Numbered from the stretch's first letter, positions 47,094-57,308 are shown. The stretch is DNA of 64,000 bases from Pontiella sp. (GCA_050290185.1 JBNKHE010000001.1:674713-738712), one strand, 5' to 3'. A program made the numbers and translations. Notes: generated from the sequence alone by a model not told the origin.

Positions 47094-48268
47094 TCAGTTC
47101 CTTCAAAATAGTAGTTGTTCACAACGCGTGCGCCATCAGGCTGGCTCAGGACGTCGACATGGTTGCCACCCACGACATATCCCTTGAAATCGCCGGTGCA
47201 CAGATCGCCGAAGCCCAGGAATGGATCTGACCACCATCCCTGCAAATTCATCGGACGTCCAAGAATTACATCGGAACGGAAGTAGGTCACGGAACCGGGA
47301 TAACGGACCGTGAACCGCTTTTTCAAAGCGAAGTAGCTTGTTGTCATGCAATAGATCCAGCGCCATTTAACCTGCACCGGCCTATTGAAGAAGAGACGTA
47401 GCTTCATCGGGATCGTGCCAACGATGATTTGCGTGGTGCGGGCAAAAGTATAGATCCTGGGGAATCGGCGCAGCATTTCGTACGTTCCGCTGAACTGAGT
47501 CGGAGTGACCAACGGCTCGCAGTCGGCCTTCAATGCGCATCGATGCTCTTCCAACTCCGACACCATCCGCCGGAATTGAACGTAATCATCAGATGAATAC
47601 CATGGCTCCCGGCGGTGATAGCTGCTGGAACCGACATTCGGAGCATCCCATATAAATACAGGCCCCTCGATTTCCCGTCCTTTCGACTGGAGTATCTGCG
47701 CCACTTCGAGCGCAATCAGGCCGCCAATGCAATACCCCCCGAGACGCAACGGCCCGGTGGGATGAAAGCGGATCAGTTCATCCGCATAAGTCGTTGCCAT
47801 GGCGTGCAACGTTTTATCGCCCCGGCGCCCATCCCATCCGGTCCAGCGGAAGGCATAAACCGGAATTCTGGAATCCAGAAGTTTCGTCAAACGACGAAAT
47901 ACCCTGGCGTTTCCATCCCCTCCGTGTACCAGAAACAGCGGAATCACGTCAGGATCTCCCGGCCGAATACACTTAAGAGCCCTGTACTGTTCCGCGCCAT
48001 GAGTCTTCAGAGCGTGATCGATAACCTGTGCCAGATTGCGGATCGTGGGAGGTAACGAAAGGTCAAAAAGCGGGATTTCCTGTCGATGGTGCCGACGAAC
48101 CCGTTCATACACCTGCAGCGCCAGCAGCGAGTCGCCGCCGATATTGAAAAAATCATCGTCCAGGCCCACGTCGGGCAGATGCAGGAGTTCCTTGCATAAA
48201 TCGAGCAGGAGCTTCTCGGACGATGTGGGTTCGGGCATGGAAGTTGAAGGTTTCATGGCTTTATTCAT
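47090..48268 (-). CDS. Stand-alone T-TE didomain protein
   Basis: DFFNIGGDSL carrier motif; HGGDG, GYCIG, WDAP, GNH; paralogous to the C-terminal part of the A-T-TE. Confidence 0.9.
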   Translation of the reverse strand: MNKAMKPSTSMPEPTSSEKLLLDLCKELLHLPDVGLDDDFFNIGGDSLLALQVYERVRRHHRQEIPLFDLSLPPTIRNLAQVIDHALKTHGAEQYRALKCIRPGDPDVIPLFLVHGGDGNARVFRRLTKLLDSRIPVYAFRWTGWDGRRGDKTLHAMATTYADELIRFHPTGPLRLGGYCIGGLIALEVAQILQSKGREIEGPVFIWDAPNVGSSSYHRREPWYSSDDYVQFRRMVSELEEHRCALKADCEPLVTPTQFSGTYEMLRRFPRIYTFARTTQIIVGTIPMKLRLFFNRPVQVKWRWIYCMTTSYFALKKRFTVRYPGSVTYFRSDVILGRPMNLQGWWSDPFLGFGDLCTGDFKGYVVGGNHVDVLSQPDGARVVNNYYFEGTE

Positions 48269-48313
48269 GGCCGGGTGTGATTCGGAAGAATCGTTTCAGA
48301 CAGGAATCAAACG

Positions 48314-49093
48314 CTATTTACCGCCGTGAAAAAACTGGCGAAGTTTGCTGAGGTTTTTCCAGGCCAGCGTATGCCCCCCTCCGATTTTGTGACGGCGGAT
48401 GACCTGCCAGTCTTCTTTCATCTTCTGGATGATATGCCCCAGACTGCGGTTACTGATTCCGCCAACCCGCATCTTGACCAACATCATTCGAAGGTATGCG
48501 GGTTCCACCTCGTATTTCGAAAGAATGCGCATCATAAAATCATAATCAGCCGCACAACTGAACGATGTGTCGAAATACTCACCATTGTCCAGCATGGCGC
48601 GCTCATACACCTCGCGCCGGAGGTACAGCGTCGGATGCGGCGGCATCCAACCCCACTTCAAATTGCGATGGTAGTAAATGCCGCTCTCCCAGTGACGGAC
48701 AACAGCAAATCCCCCGTCCGGATTCGGCCTTACATACTGCAAATCGCCATACACGGCCTCGGCCCCGGAATTTTCGAAAGCGCATGAAACCCGGCTAAGC
48801 ACGTTGGGGCTTGCGAAGAAATCATCGGCATGCAAAAACCCGACAACATCTCCCGAGGCCATCCGCACCCCTTTGTTCAATGCATCGTAGATGCCGTTGT
48901 CCCTTTCCGACAGCAACCGGTCAGGCTGGAACTCCGAATCCTTGATCACGTGCAAGGTTCGATCCGAGGACGCACCATCCACCACAATCCATTCGATCTG
49001 GTCGCGCGGGAAGTCCTGTTCGGCGATCGATCGCTGTGTATCGGCAATGCTGGCCTCGGAATTGTATGTTGCTGTGATGATGGAAAACTTCAT
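48314..49093 (-). CDS. GT2 glycosyltransferase (WcaE/WfgS-like)
   Basis: SIITATYN, VDGASSD, GIYDALNKG, LHADD, PPHP, DYD; start at ATG 49093. Confidence 0.9.
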   Translation of the reverse strand: MKFSIITATYNSEASIADTQRSIAEQDFPRDQIEWIVVDGASSDRTLHVIKDSEFQPDRLLSERDNGIYDALNKGVRMASGDVVGFLHADDFFASPNVLSRVSCAFENSGAEAVYGDLQYVRPNPDGGFAVVRHWESGIYYHRNLKWGWMPPHPTLYLRREVYERAMLDNGEYFDTSFSCAADYDFMMRILSKYEVEPAYLRMMLVKMRVGGISNRSLGHIIQKMKEDWQVIRRHKIGGGHTLAWKNLSKLRQFFHGGK

Positions 49094-49100
49094 CGGCTTC

Positions 49101-50060
49101 TTATTGTTGGTTATAGACCTTGAACCATTCGACGAACCGGACCAGTCCTTCCTGGAGACCGGTGGCGGGTTGATATCCGAGCTTGGCCTTGGCTTTTTCA
49201 ATATCAGCATAGGTAACCGGCACATCACCGGGTTGCATCGGCAACATTTCCATCTGCGGCTCGATGCCGAGCGCATCGCCGAGATATTTAATCATATCCA
49301 TCAGCAGCTCGGGCTGGTTGTTACCGAGGTTGAACACTTCGTATTGCTCTAGTCCATCAGCAAACAAGGCGGCAACCACGCCCTGAACAATATCGTCGAT
49401 ATAGGTGAAGTCTCGCTTCATATCCCCGTGGTTGAACACCTTGATCGGCTGCCCCTTCAGCATGGCGTCGGAAAAGAGCCAATAGGCCATATCCGGGCGA
49501 CCTTCTGGCCCATACACCGTGAAGAAGCGCAGTCCAATCGACTGAAACCCGTAGAGGTACGTATAGCTATGCGCCATCAGCTCATTAGCCTTCTTCGTAG
49601 CGGCGTAAAGACTGACGGGATGGTCGACCAGATCGCTTTCCGAAAAGGGAACCTTCTCATTCCCGCCATACACGCTTGAACTCGAAGCATAGACCAGCCG
49701 CGGTACATCATGATGACGGCAGCATTCGAGAATATTCAAATGGCCCGCAAGGTTGGATTGCTCGTAGGCAAAAGGGTTCTGCAACGAGTAGCGCACACCG
49801 GCCTGGGCAGCGAGATGGCAGACCCGATCAAATTTATGTTCGCCGAAGAGTGATGATAGCAGTTCATAGTCGATCAAATCACCACGCACTCCCACAAATC
49901 CCTCGCGTGCCTCCAGCCGCGCATGCCGCGCTTCTTTCAGGGCGATAGGATAATAGTCGTTAAAGTTATCCAGGCCGACCACCTCATGCCCTTCATCCAA
50001 TAACGCGTGCGCTACATAGGAACCAATAAAACCAGCAGTACCTGTTATAAAAACCTTCAA
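49101..50060 (-). CDS. UDP-glucuronate 4-epimerase-like SDR
   Basis: TGTAGFIG, HLAAQAGVRYS, YASSSSVYG, YAATKK, LRFFTVYGP.GRPDMA; TTG start. Confidence 0.92.
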   Translation of the reverse strand: MKVFITGTAGFIGSYVAHALLDEGHEVVGLDNFNDYYPIALKEARHARLEAREGFVGVRGDLIDYELLSSLFGEHKFDRVCHLAAQAGVRYSLQNPFAYEQSNLAGHLNILECCRHHDVPRLVYASSSSVYGGNEKVPFSESDLVDHPVSLYAATKKANELMAHSYTYLYGFQSIGLRFFTVYGPEGRPDMAYWLFSDAMLKGQPIKVFNHGDMKRDFTYIDDIVQGVVAALFADGLEQYEVFNLGNNQPELLMDMIKYLGDALGIEPQMEMLPMQPGDVPVTYADIEKAKAKLGYQPATGLQEGLVRFVEWFKVYNQQ

Positions 50061-50902
50061 AGCGAACTCCCCTCGGACATTTGTTTGTATCTTAATTCAA
50101 CGACTTTCAAATCAATCATAAACTCATATACGGACCGCATCATGGAATAGCGAAACCCGGGTCGGCCATCAAGAAAGCCCATCCGGAAAAAATAGAGATA
50201 AACAAACATCAGCAACGGCCTTCCGGGCATGCGGTAGGCCAGCGTTTTGAGCGCCCGACGCTTAGTGGCCGCGTCGGAAGAAAAAAGTTCCCGAAAGCGG
50301 AAGCGACCGGACACCTCCTCGATCAAATCCTGTGCTTCCATGTTTGAATAGCGGTTGTGCCGATCAAACCAATGGCCAATACCATGCGAAAAAGGATGAT
50401 GGATGATATGCCCGTTCAGCGTTCCGGTTTCGCCGTCCACGACGGCCACGGGATTCACCAGCCGTTCGTATCGGATTTTATCCGGACGGAACACCCGGGT
50501 GATCCAGGTCGGGTAAAGTTGAGAGCGCTTAAGCCACCGGCCCATGAAATAGTCCTTCCGGCGCACCTGAAAAGCCGCAACGTTCCGGACAGATTCGTCA
50601 AGCCGCTCAAGCTCCTGCCGAAGCTCGTCATCGCAGGTTTCATCTGCATCGGTATAGTACACCCAGGGGTGCTTGAACTGAATATTCTGCACCGCCCAAT
50701 TCTGGTGAGCCGACCAGTTGTCAAACTCCCGCCGAACAATCCGGGCACCCATTTTTTCCGCCAGCTCAACCGTTCGGTCATCGCTGAGCGAGTCATACAC
50801 GACAATATCATCAGACCAGGATACGGCCTGAATGCACCGTTCGATGTTGATCTCTTCGTTCTTGGTAAGGATCAGGATGGAAACCGGAGGCATGCTACTC
50901 AT
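50057..50902 (-). CDS. GT2 glycosyltransferase (KdtX-like)
   Basis: ILTKNEE, DSLSDDRT, DADE, HNRYS, GFLDG; start may be 50893. Confidence 0.88.
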   Translation of the reverse strand: MSSMPPVSILILTKNEEINIERCIQAVSWSDDIVVYDSLSDDRTVELAEKMGARIVRREFDNWSAHQNWAVQNIQFKHPWVYYTDADETCDDELRQELERLDESVRNVAAFQVRRKDYFMGRWLKRSQLYPTWITRVFRPDKIRYERLVNPVAVVDGETGTLNGHIIHHPFSHGIGHWFDRHNRYSNMEAQDLIEEVSGRFRFRELFSSDAATKRRALKTLAYRMPGRPLLMFVYLYFFRMGFLDGRPGFRYSMMRSVYEFMIDLKVVELRYKQMSEGSSL

Positions 50903-51452
50903 TTCCCTTCAGTGTACGCTGTTTGACGACCCGCGCCGGATTGCCGGCAACAATATCCCATGGTTCAACATCCCGCGTGACGACCGCGCACGCCCCCACC
51001 ACAGCTCCATCCCCTACAGTCACGCCCGGTCCAACGAATGCATCCGCACAAATCCAAGCCTGCCGGCCAATCGATATAGGCGGTGTCAGCAACGGGAGCG
51101 ATGGATCCCGGTAATCATGGGTGCCCGCGCACAAGTGTGCCCGTTGAGAAATGGTGACCTTATCGCCGATCCGGATCACACCCAGGTTATAGATATAGGC
51201 ATGTTCCCCGATGGCCGACCAGTCACCGACCTCCAGATTCCACGGGAAATAGATCGTTGCGGTATTCGCAATGTTCACATTGCGGCCGACCTTCGCCCCG
51301 AACAGGCGGAGCAGGAACCTCCTTGGTGCCTGGACCGGCCGGGGCACCAGCCGAAAAAAGATGCGTACAACAGCCCACAAAACGCGCAGGATCTGAATCC
51401 GCAACGAATACTTCCGGTCTCCCCGGTTTTGGCTGATATCCAGTTCGCTCAT
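50895..51452 (-). CDS. wcaF: WcaF-like hexapeptide acetyltransferase
   Basis: LRLFGAKVG, FPWNL, SQRAHLCAGTHD, GNPA. Confidence 0.88.
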   Translation of the reverse strand: MSELDISQNRGDRKYSLRIQILRVLWAVVRIFFRLVPRPVQAPRRFLLRLFGAKVGRNVNIANTATIYFPWNLEVGDWSAIGEHAYIYNLGVIRIGDKVTISQRAHLCAGTHDYRDPSLPLLTPPISIGRQAWICADAFVGPGVTVGDGAVVGACAVVTRDVEPWDIVAGNPARVVKQRTLKGNE

Positions 51453-51725
51453 ATTTCCTCAACGTTCCCGTGATCATCGCCTACCCAAGGCGCTCACACA
51501 AGAGTTCTGTTTATCGAGCAGCATCACGATAATCCAGATGATTGCAGTCAGGTCCGGCAAAAGGCACACCAGACCCAGACACTAACTCACGGGAGAGAAC
51601 GAAGTCCTCCCCAAACCGATACTTAAACACAGTCCGGAAGAGGCTTCTGGAACACCGCGCATTTTTAGCCTCCCACAGGCCATCCGAGGATGGGCATAGG
51701 CACGAGCACCAGATGGCCAGCTTCG

Positions 51726-52874
51726 TTAATCCATGATGATACACTCTGGCGGTGTTCCGGACGGGTCGATACACCAGGCATAAACGGATTGCATTTGTTC
51801 CGCGATCCGCATCCAGGAAAAACGGTTCTCTACCAATGCCCGGCCATTGCTACCCATGACATTCCGCTCGGCATCACTGAACGCAAAAAACTGCTTCAGC
51901 CCCTGCATGATATTGTCCGCATCCGGCTCGATACGGAAAGCCGCCCCGTTTTCAAACCCTTCCGGCAGGTTGCAGAAATCCGTCTTAATGACCGGTAGAC
52001 CGTACGACCACGCTTCAAGCACCGACATAGGCAATCCCTCCGAGAACGAGGGGAGAATGAACGCATCGACACTTCGAAGCAGCCTGTCCTTTTCATCGCC
52101 ATAGACGGGACCGGCAAAGTCAACAGATGCTTCGATTTTCAACTCTCCGGCAAGCGCCTTCAAGCCAGCATCGTGTCCGCCATCGTCCCATCCCGCGATG
52201 ATCAGCTGCCAGTCATCATTTCCTTCAGCATCACGTTGCCGCATGGCCCAGGCCTGCAGCAATTCCTTGAGCCCTTTCTTCGGATGGATTCGGCCCAGGA
52301 AAAGTAGTTTTTTCGGACCACCCCGATTCTGCGGTACGGCAGCCAGATCTGGAAGAACAACACCGTTGGGAATCACGGCGACCGGGTTTTTCAATCCATA
52401 GGCCCGTATGGAATCCACCTCTGATTGGCACAGCGCATTGATGCAGGTTGCGCGCTCAAGCGCTTCGCTGGCAAACAGTCGTTCCACCACTCGTTTCTTC
52501 CATGAGGAATTTCGAAGCGCCCAGGGATCAAGCATTCCCCGGGGTGAGACGACGACCGGCGTGGCATTCCGCTTCTGCCGTTTCAAAGCCGCCCATTGCG
52601 AATCGAGCCAAATTCCGTGTACATGGATAAGATCGGTATCCATCGCCATCAGGCGGCGGCGCATAGCGGGAGAAGACTGCAATGGCCCGTATGCGGGAAA
52701 CAGTTCTACCGGGAGCGGATGCCACTCCCCCGCATCTTCAGCCGAATACGTGTCTCGCGGACTCAACACCACAGGAGAACAGCCCCGTTCGGCCAGCGCC
52801 TTGGAAAGCCCTCGGACCGAATAATACAGCCCGCCGGCCATACGTGAAATAGTCGTCAGCACCGCAACGTTCAT
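51726..52874 (-). CDS. GT4 glycosyltransferase
   Basis: HVHGIW, SPRGML, GRIHPKKG, SEGLPMSVLEA. Confidence 0.92.
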   Translation of the reverse strand: MNVAVLTTISRMAGGLYYSVRGLSKALAERGCSPVVLSPRDTYSAEDAGEWHPLPVELFPAYGPLQSSPAMRRRLMAMDTDLIHVHGIWLDSQWAALKRQKRNATPVVVSPRGMLDPWALRNSSWKKRVVERLFASEALERATCINALCQSEVDSIRAYGLKNPVAVIPNGVVLPDLAAVPQNRGGPKKLLFLGRIHPKKGLKELLQAWAMRQRDAEGNDDWQLIIAGWDDGGHDAGLKALAGELKIEASVDFAGPVYGDEKDRLLRSVDAFILPSFSEGLPMSVLEAWSYGLPVIKTDFCNLPEGFENGAAFRIEPDADNIMQGLKQFFAFSDAERNVMGSNGRALVENRFSWMRIAEQMQSVYAWCIDPSGTPPECIIMD

Positions 52875-53998
52875 GCCCCACTCCAGTTCGCCAGCGCATC
52901 CACCAACCGGTCGGCATTTTTTTTCGGTGTAAATTGTTCATAAAAAATCCTCGCCGAACCGGCTCCATGTTCTGCGCATAATTGCGGCGATGATACATAT
53001 CGGTTCATGGCGTCGGCAAGTGACCCGACGGATGCCGCCCGGATGCGATATCCATTGACCCCGGAATCAATCACATGCCATGAGGCACCGCACAGGTCGG
53101 TGCCAATCAGGGGAAGCCCCAACGAAGCGGCTTCGTTCAATACGGCTCCCCAGCCATCAAACCGCGAAGCGAGAACAAATACATCCGAAGCCGCATACAC
53201 TTCAGCAATACGTTCCGACGGATAGGCTCCGAGAAAGCATACCCGGCCTTCCAGCCCCAGCTTTTGGCTCAGCGCTTCATAGGCCCGGTCGGATCGGTCC
53301 AAACCGCAAAGCACCAGACACCATTCATTACTCTTCAACCGGGCAAAGGCTTTAAGCAGAACATCCACTCCTTTGCGGCGGCACAACGCACCAACTGCAA
53401 GAAACACCTTCCGGCCCGATGCAAATTCCCGAACCTTTTCACTCGGCTCGAGCGGATTCAGGCCATTCGGAACATAGTAAAGATCCGCGATTTTTCTATC
53501 CGGAATCCCCATCCGGCGAAACGCCTTGCGGGCCAGAACCCCCTGCCCAAACGCCCCCAGAGCATGCTCCCGAATTCGCCGGCCATCCCGGTGCTTGCAC
53601 CGGTGCATCAGGGGGATAAACAAGCGAAACAATGGTGTGCGGTAGCCCACCACCTCAGCCAGCCGAATCCCCGGCTGCTCCGACCAGTGGCACCAGCGCG
53701 CTTTTTCGCGGCAGAACAGGTCGATCAATCCGGCGGAAAAATATCCGCAGATCAGATGCGTTCGTTCCCGCCAGTCCGGCAGCAGCGCATCAATATTCAA
53801 AACCAAATCAACGCCTTCTGCGTTGTGTTCAAACGGTTGATAATCGTGATCATCCCGCCAGCCTTCGGCCGCACGTGTTTTCGAAGCCCCATTGAGGTAC
53901 ACGACCCGCAGATCAACATCCTCCCGCTCCGCAAGCACATGAAAAAAAGCCGACTGGTAATGGGACGGTATATTCATCCAGATACATATGCTAAACAT
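52871..53998 (-). CDS. GT4 glycosyltransferase
   Basis: RKGVDVLLKA, DVFVLASRFDGWGAVLNEA; start at ATG 53998. Confidence 0.9.
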   Translation of the reverse strand: MFSICIWMNIPSHYQSAFFHVLAEREDVDLRVVYLNGASKTRAAEGWRDDHDYQPFEHNAEGVDLVLNIDALLPDWRERTHLICGYFSAGLIDLFCREKARWCHWSEQPGIRLAEVVGYRTPLFRLFIPLMHRCKHRDGRRIREHALGAFGQGVLARKAFRRMGIPDRKIADLYYVPNGLNPLEPSEKVREFASGRKVFLAVGALCRRKGVDVLLKAFARLKSNEWCLVLCGLDRSDRAYEALSQKLGLEGRVCFLGAYPSERIAEVYAASDVFVLASRFDGWGAVLNEAASLGLPLIGTDLCGASWHVIDSGVNGYRIRAASVGSLADAMNRYVSSPQLCAEHGAGSARIFYEQFTPKKNADRLVDALANWSGA

Positions 53999-55073
53999 GG
54001 GTTGTCTCCTCAAGCACACGAAGGAGCTGCTCTGCCCGGTCCGTCCAGGTAATCTTCGTTGACGGATCCTCAATCCGCATATCTTCCAGACGAGCGTCGA
54101 CCGCCTGTATAAAATCATCCGCGGAGCTGCACACAGCCACCCGGTCTCCAAACGCGTTGACCTGATCACAGGCATCGGTGGCCACAAGTGCAGCCGAGGA
54201 AGCAAGGTGGTCAAACAGCCGCATCGGCGAACAGAGCCGGTTGAACTCGGATCGGACATACGGAATCAGCCCCAGATCAAGGCAGTGGAACCAGGTGTGA
54301 ATCAATGCATGCGGCTGCGCGCCGACAGCAACGCATTTATCGTGTTGCAGCAATGTTTCCAGCTGATCCGACCGTTGCCGGGGCAGCGGCCCGACCAGAA
54401 GCAGCGTACCGAGTCGGGGCAGATCCGCACACCGCCGCAGCAACTCAAAATCCAGCCGGTCGTTGATCCCCCCCACCACACCGACGACCGGACGTTTCAG
54501 GTCATCGAACGGCGGATCAACCGGAGATCTTTTCTCTGAGGAAAAGAACCGTGACTCCGTGGCATTCATGCTGACGGATAACTTTTTCGGATCGGAACCG
54601 TATTCCTTCTGCGCCCGTTCCAGAAGTCCCTCCGAAACAAAGAACGTGTGGTCGACACGGTCGATGAGTTCCTTTTCATGATCAACGACCGAACCCCAGC
54701 CTTCGTAGCTGCGATAGTCATCCGACGCATAGTAAACGGTTTTCAGATCACCGGGAATGTACTTCAGCATCGGGAGGTAATGAGGGCTGGTCACAGCGAG
54801 CCAGTCAATCTGCTTTCCCTCCCGCCGGGCATGGCGCGTTATGCTGCGCCAAAGCATGCGTTGTCCAAGCCATGATGTACGCGAGGCCCATCCGGGAGGC
54901 AATGCCACCGGCATGACGTCCAGCGCTCCGCCAGATGGAGCCCCGTTGAAGTCAGGATGGTTGCGCGCTACCTTCCAGTCCGCAGGGGCAATCCCAAGGG
55001 TATCCGTAATCTCCGCCAACGCCGCAAATGGCTTGCGGCGCCAGACCTCATTGATATCGCAAACTACAATCAT
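53991..55073 (-). CDS. GT-B glycosyltransferase (TuaH-like)
   Basis: VYYASDDY, VGGINDRLD, GLIPY..SPMRLFDHLA; start at ATG 55073. Confidence 0.8.
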   Translation of the reverse strand: MIVVCDINEVWRRKPFAALAEITDTLGIAPADWKVARNHPDFNGAPSGGALDVMPVALPPGWASRTSWLGQRMLWRSITRHARREGKQIDWLAVTSPHYLPMLKYIPGDLKTVYYASDDYRSYEGWGSVVDHEKELIDRVDHTFFVSEGLLERAQKEYGSDPKKLSVSMNATESRFFSSEKRSPVDPPFDDLKRPVVGVVGGINDRLDFELLRRCADLPRLGTLLLVGPLPRQRSDQLETLLQHDKCVAVGAQPHALIHTWFHCLDLGLIPYVRSEFNRLCSPMRLFDHLASSAALVATDACDQVNAFGDRVAVCSSADDFIQAVDARLEDMRIEDPSTKITWTDRAEQLLRVLEETTHV

Positions 55074-55074
55074 C

Positions 55075-56214
55075 TTACTTAGTGGACTGAAATATATCTT
55101 CCAGCTGTTCGGCTGCAGAGCGCCAGTTGAATTTTTTTGCATGGGTTCTACCCACGCGGCTCATCTCATCCCGTCGCGCGGGGGAATCAATTATTGAATG
55201 AATGGCATCAAGGTGCTCACTCGCAGAATCCATATCGCATAGAAGCGCGGCACGGCCTGCTATTTCAGGAATCGATGCGGCATTACTGGCAACCACGGGA
55301 GCTCCGGCAGACATCGCTTCGATAACCGGCATTCCAAATCCTTCATAGCGGGACGGGAACCAAACCAAGGCAGAACTGCTGTAAAGCGCATTTAGCATTT
55401 CATCAGAAACATATCCGGTCTGAATAATGTTGGCATACTTTGCCGCCTTCAGTTTTTCCTTATACTCCGGGCTGCTCGATCCGGCGATGACGACCTTTAT
55501 CTCCGGCATTTTCTGCGCTATCAGCGCAATGGTTCGAAGTACCAAATCTGCATTCTTACGTAACGAAAGCCCTCCCGGAACCAGCACATATGGGCTGTTG
55601 AGCGTGACATCATCCACCTTCTTTTTCATCTCCTCAGAAACAGGTGAACCGAAGATATAGTGTGGTGCATTGTAAATCACCCGCAGCTTGTTCTCCAGCC
55701 CCGGGAAAAAGTGTGCAATCCGCGACGCGGAAAAACTGGAAACCGTGACCACGGCATCAGCGTGTTCCGCCATCCGCCGGAACATCATGCTCCACTTTAA
55801 GCGGTGCATCCGATTGCTCAAGGTGCTGGGATAGAGATCTTCTTCAAAGCCGGCGACATCATGAATCGTACATACCAGCCCGGCCTTGCGAGTGGGCACA
55901 TATGATTCCGCAGGACAATAGACCACATCCACATCCTCCCAATATTGCTCGGCATAGGGGTGGTTTTTCCATATCCATTGGGCCTGCGTCCATGAAGTTC
56001 TTCCTTTGAACGGGATAAAGGAAATTTTTTTCCAGAAATCATCGAGCTCCGCATAACATTGATCATACAGGTCCTTGGCCACGAGTATGCGATGGCTAGC
56101 ATCTGGATATTGATCGACATGATGCGCAATCAGACGATCAATCACCCGACCAACACCGGATGGATTCGGCAAACGATTTACATGGATATAGGAAAGTATA
56201 TTCATAGAGATCAA
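55075..56214 (-). CDS. GT4 glycosyltransferase (MtfB-like)
   Basis: TIHD, TVSSFS, RKN, FPSRYEGFGMPVIEAM. Confidence 0.92.
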   Translation of the reverse strand: MISMNILSYIHVNRLPNPSGVGRVIDRLIAHHVDQYPDASHRILVAKDLYDQCYAELDDFWKKISFIPFKGRTSWTQAQWIWKNHPYAEQYWEDVDVVYCPAESYVPTRKAGLVCTIHDVAGFEEDLYPSTLSNRMHRLKWSMMFRRMAEHADAVVTVSSFSASRIAHFFPGLENKLRVIYNAPHYIFGSPVSEEMKKKVDDVTLNSPYVLVPGGLSLRKNADLVLRTIALIAQKMPEIKVVIAGSSSPEYKEKLKAAKYANIIQTGYVSDEMLNALYSSSALVWFPSRYEGFGMPVIEAMSAGAPVVASNAASIPEIAGRAALLCDMDSASEHLDAIHSIIDSPARRDEMSRVGRTHAKKFNWRSAAEQLEDIFQSTK

Positions 56215-57308
56215 AGGGTTTTATTCAACGCAATCTTGTAGATATCGACCACGCGGCGGGATATCGGTTTCCACGCATATTTATCATTCGTTTTCTTAAC
56301 ATTTGCATCAATCGCGCTGCGACAACCGTAGGTTTCCGGCCGACGGAGGAACTGTCGGATATCTTCATCCGTCCACGCATCCTCAATTTCTTCCGCGGAA
56401 AACTCACGCAGCAGTTGTACGGCTCCTCCGCCCTCGGTCACGGGAAACGATATAATCGGCAGGCCGCAGGCGACGGCCTCCAGAATCACCAATCCGAATG
56501 GCTCGTGATAGGAGGTAAACAAAAAGGCATCCGCCACTTTGTAATAGTTTTCAGGAGCTTCCACCGATCCAACCAAAACGATCCGTCCCTGCTCAATGAA
56601 CGGCTTCTGCCGTTCCAGAATGGCGTTGTATTCTGGCCCGTTACCTACCAGTACCAACACCATATCCTCCGGAAGAAGCCCCACCAGTCGTTCAACCCGG
56701 TCCAGCCCCTTCATTTTACGGTGCAATCTTCCCACCCACAGCAGGACTCGCTTATCAACAGGGAGGTTGAAACGTTTACGCAACTGTATTTTCGCCTCTT
56801 GATCGACCGGGTGGAAGCGCCCCAGATCAACGCCGTTAGGGATGTAATGAATCTGCGAAGGCGGATAGCCTTTGCCCACCCATGTGTCAATGGTATGCAG
56901 TGAAATCCCAATCAACAGGTCAGAAGTGCTCTTGATCAACCATCGGCTGAAGGGATGGCCGGTTTCGCCCAACGGCAGGTGCGTATGTGTAATCACTTTG
57001 GTTTTCAAGCACGCCAACGGAAGTCGGGGCCAGACAATACCGTCATGCGAATGGATAATATCCGGCTTGATCCGGAGGATGGCGGCATGCAGCTTAAACA
57101 TCCCTAGAATGGCCTTTTCCGATGACGGGAGGCCCAGGCAAACAACCTGACCGGCCAGCGAGGAACACACATGGCCGGGATCTCCATACAGAAAAAGAAG
57201 CCAGACATCGTGTCCGGCCGCTCGCTGGGACCGAACCAATGCTTCCGCCACACGCAGCGAACCGCCGGTGTCGGGATCATCCCTTTGACATATGTGCAGA
57301 ATACGCAT
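56211..57308 (-). CDS. GT4 glycosyltransferase
   Basis: IPNGVD, VGRL..KG, EPFGLVILEA. Confidence 0.92.
   Translation of the reverse strand: MRILHICQRDDPDTGGSLRVAEALVRSQRAAGHDVWLLFLYGDPGHVCSSLAGQVVCLGLPSSEKAILGMFKLHAAILRIKPDIIHSHDGIVWPRLPLACLKTKVITHTHLPLGETGHPFSRWLIKSTSDLLIGISLHTIDTWVGKGYPPSQIHYIPNGVDLGRFHPVDQEAKIQLRKRFNLPVDKRVLLWVGRLHRKMKGLDRVERLVGLLPEDMVLVLVGNGPEYNAILERQKPFIEQGRIVLVGSVEAPENYYKVADAFLFTSYHEPFGLVILEAVACGLPIISFPVTEGGGAVQLLREFSAEEIEDAWTDEDIRQFLRRPETYGCRSAIDANVKKTNDKYAWKPISRRVVDIYKIALNKTL

Noticed and set aside
51453..51725. 273-bp gap in the glycan cluster with a weak 87-aa ORF (51511-51774)
   Set aside because: No RBS, motif or convincing RNA structure; cannot support a gene or ncRNA
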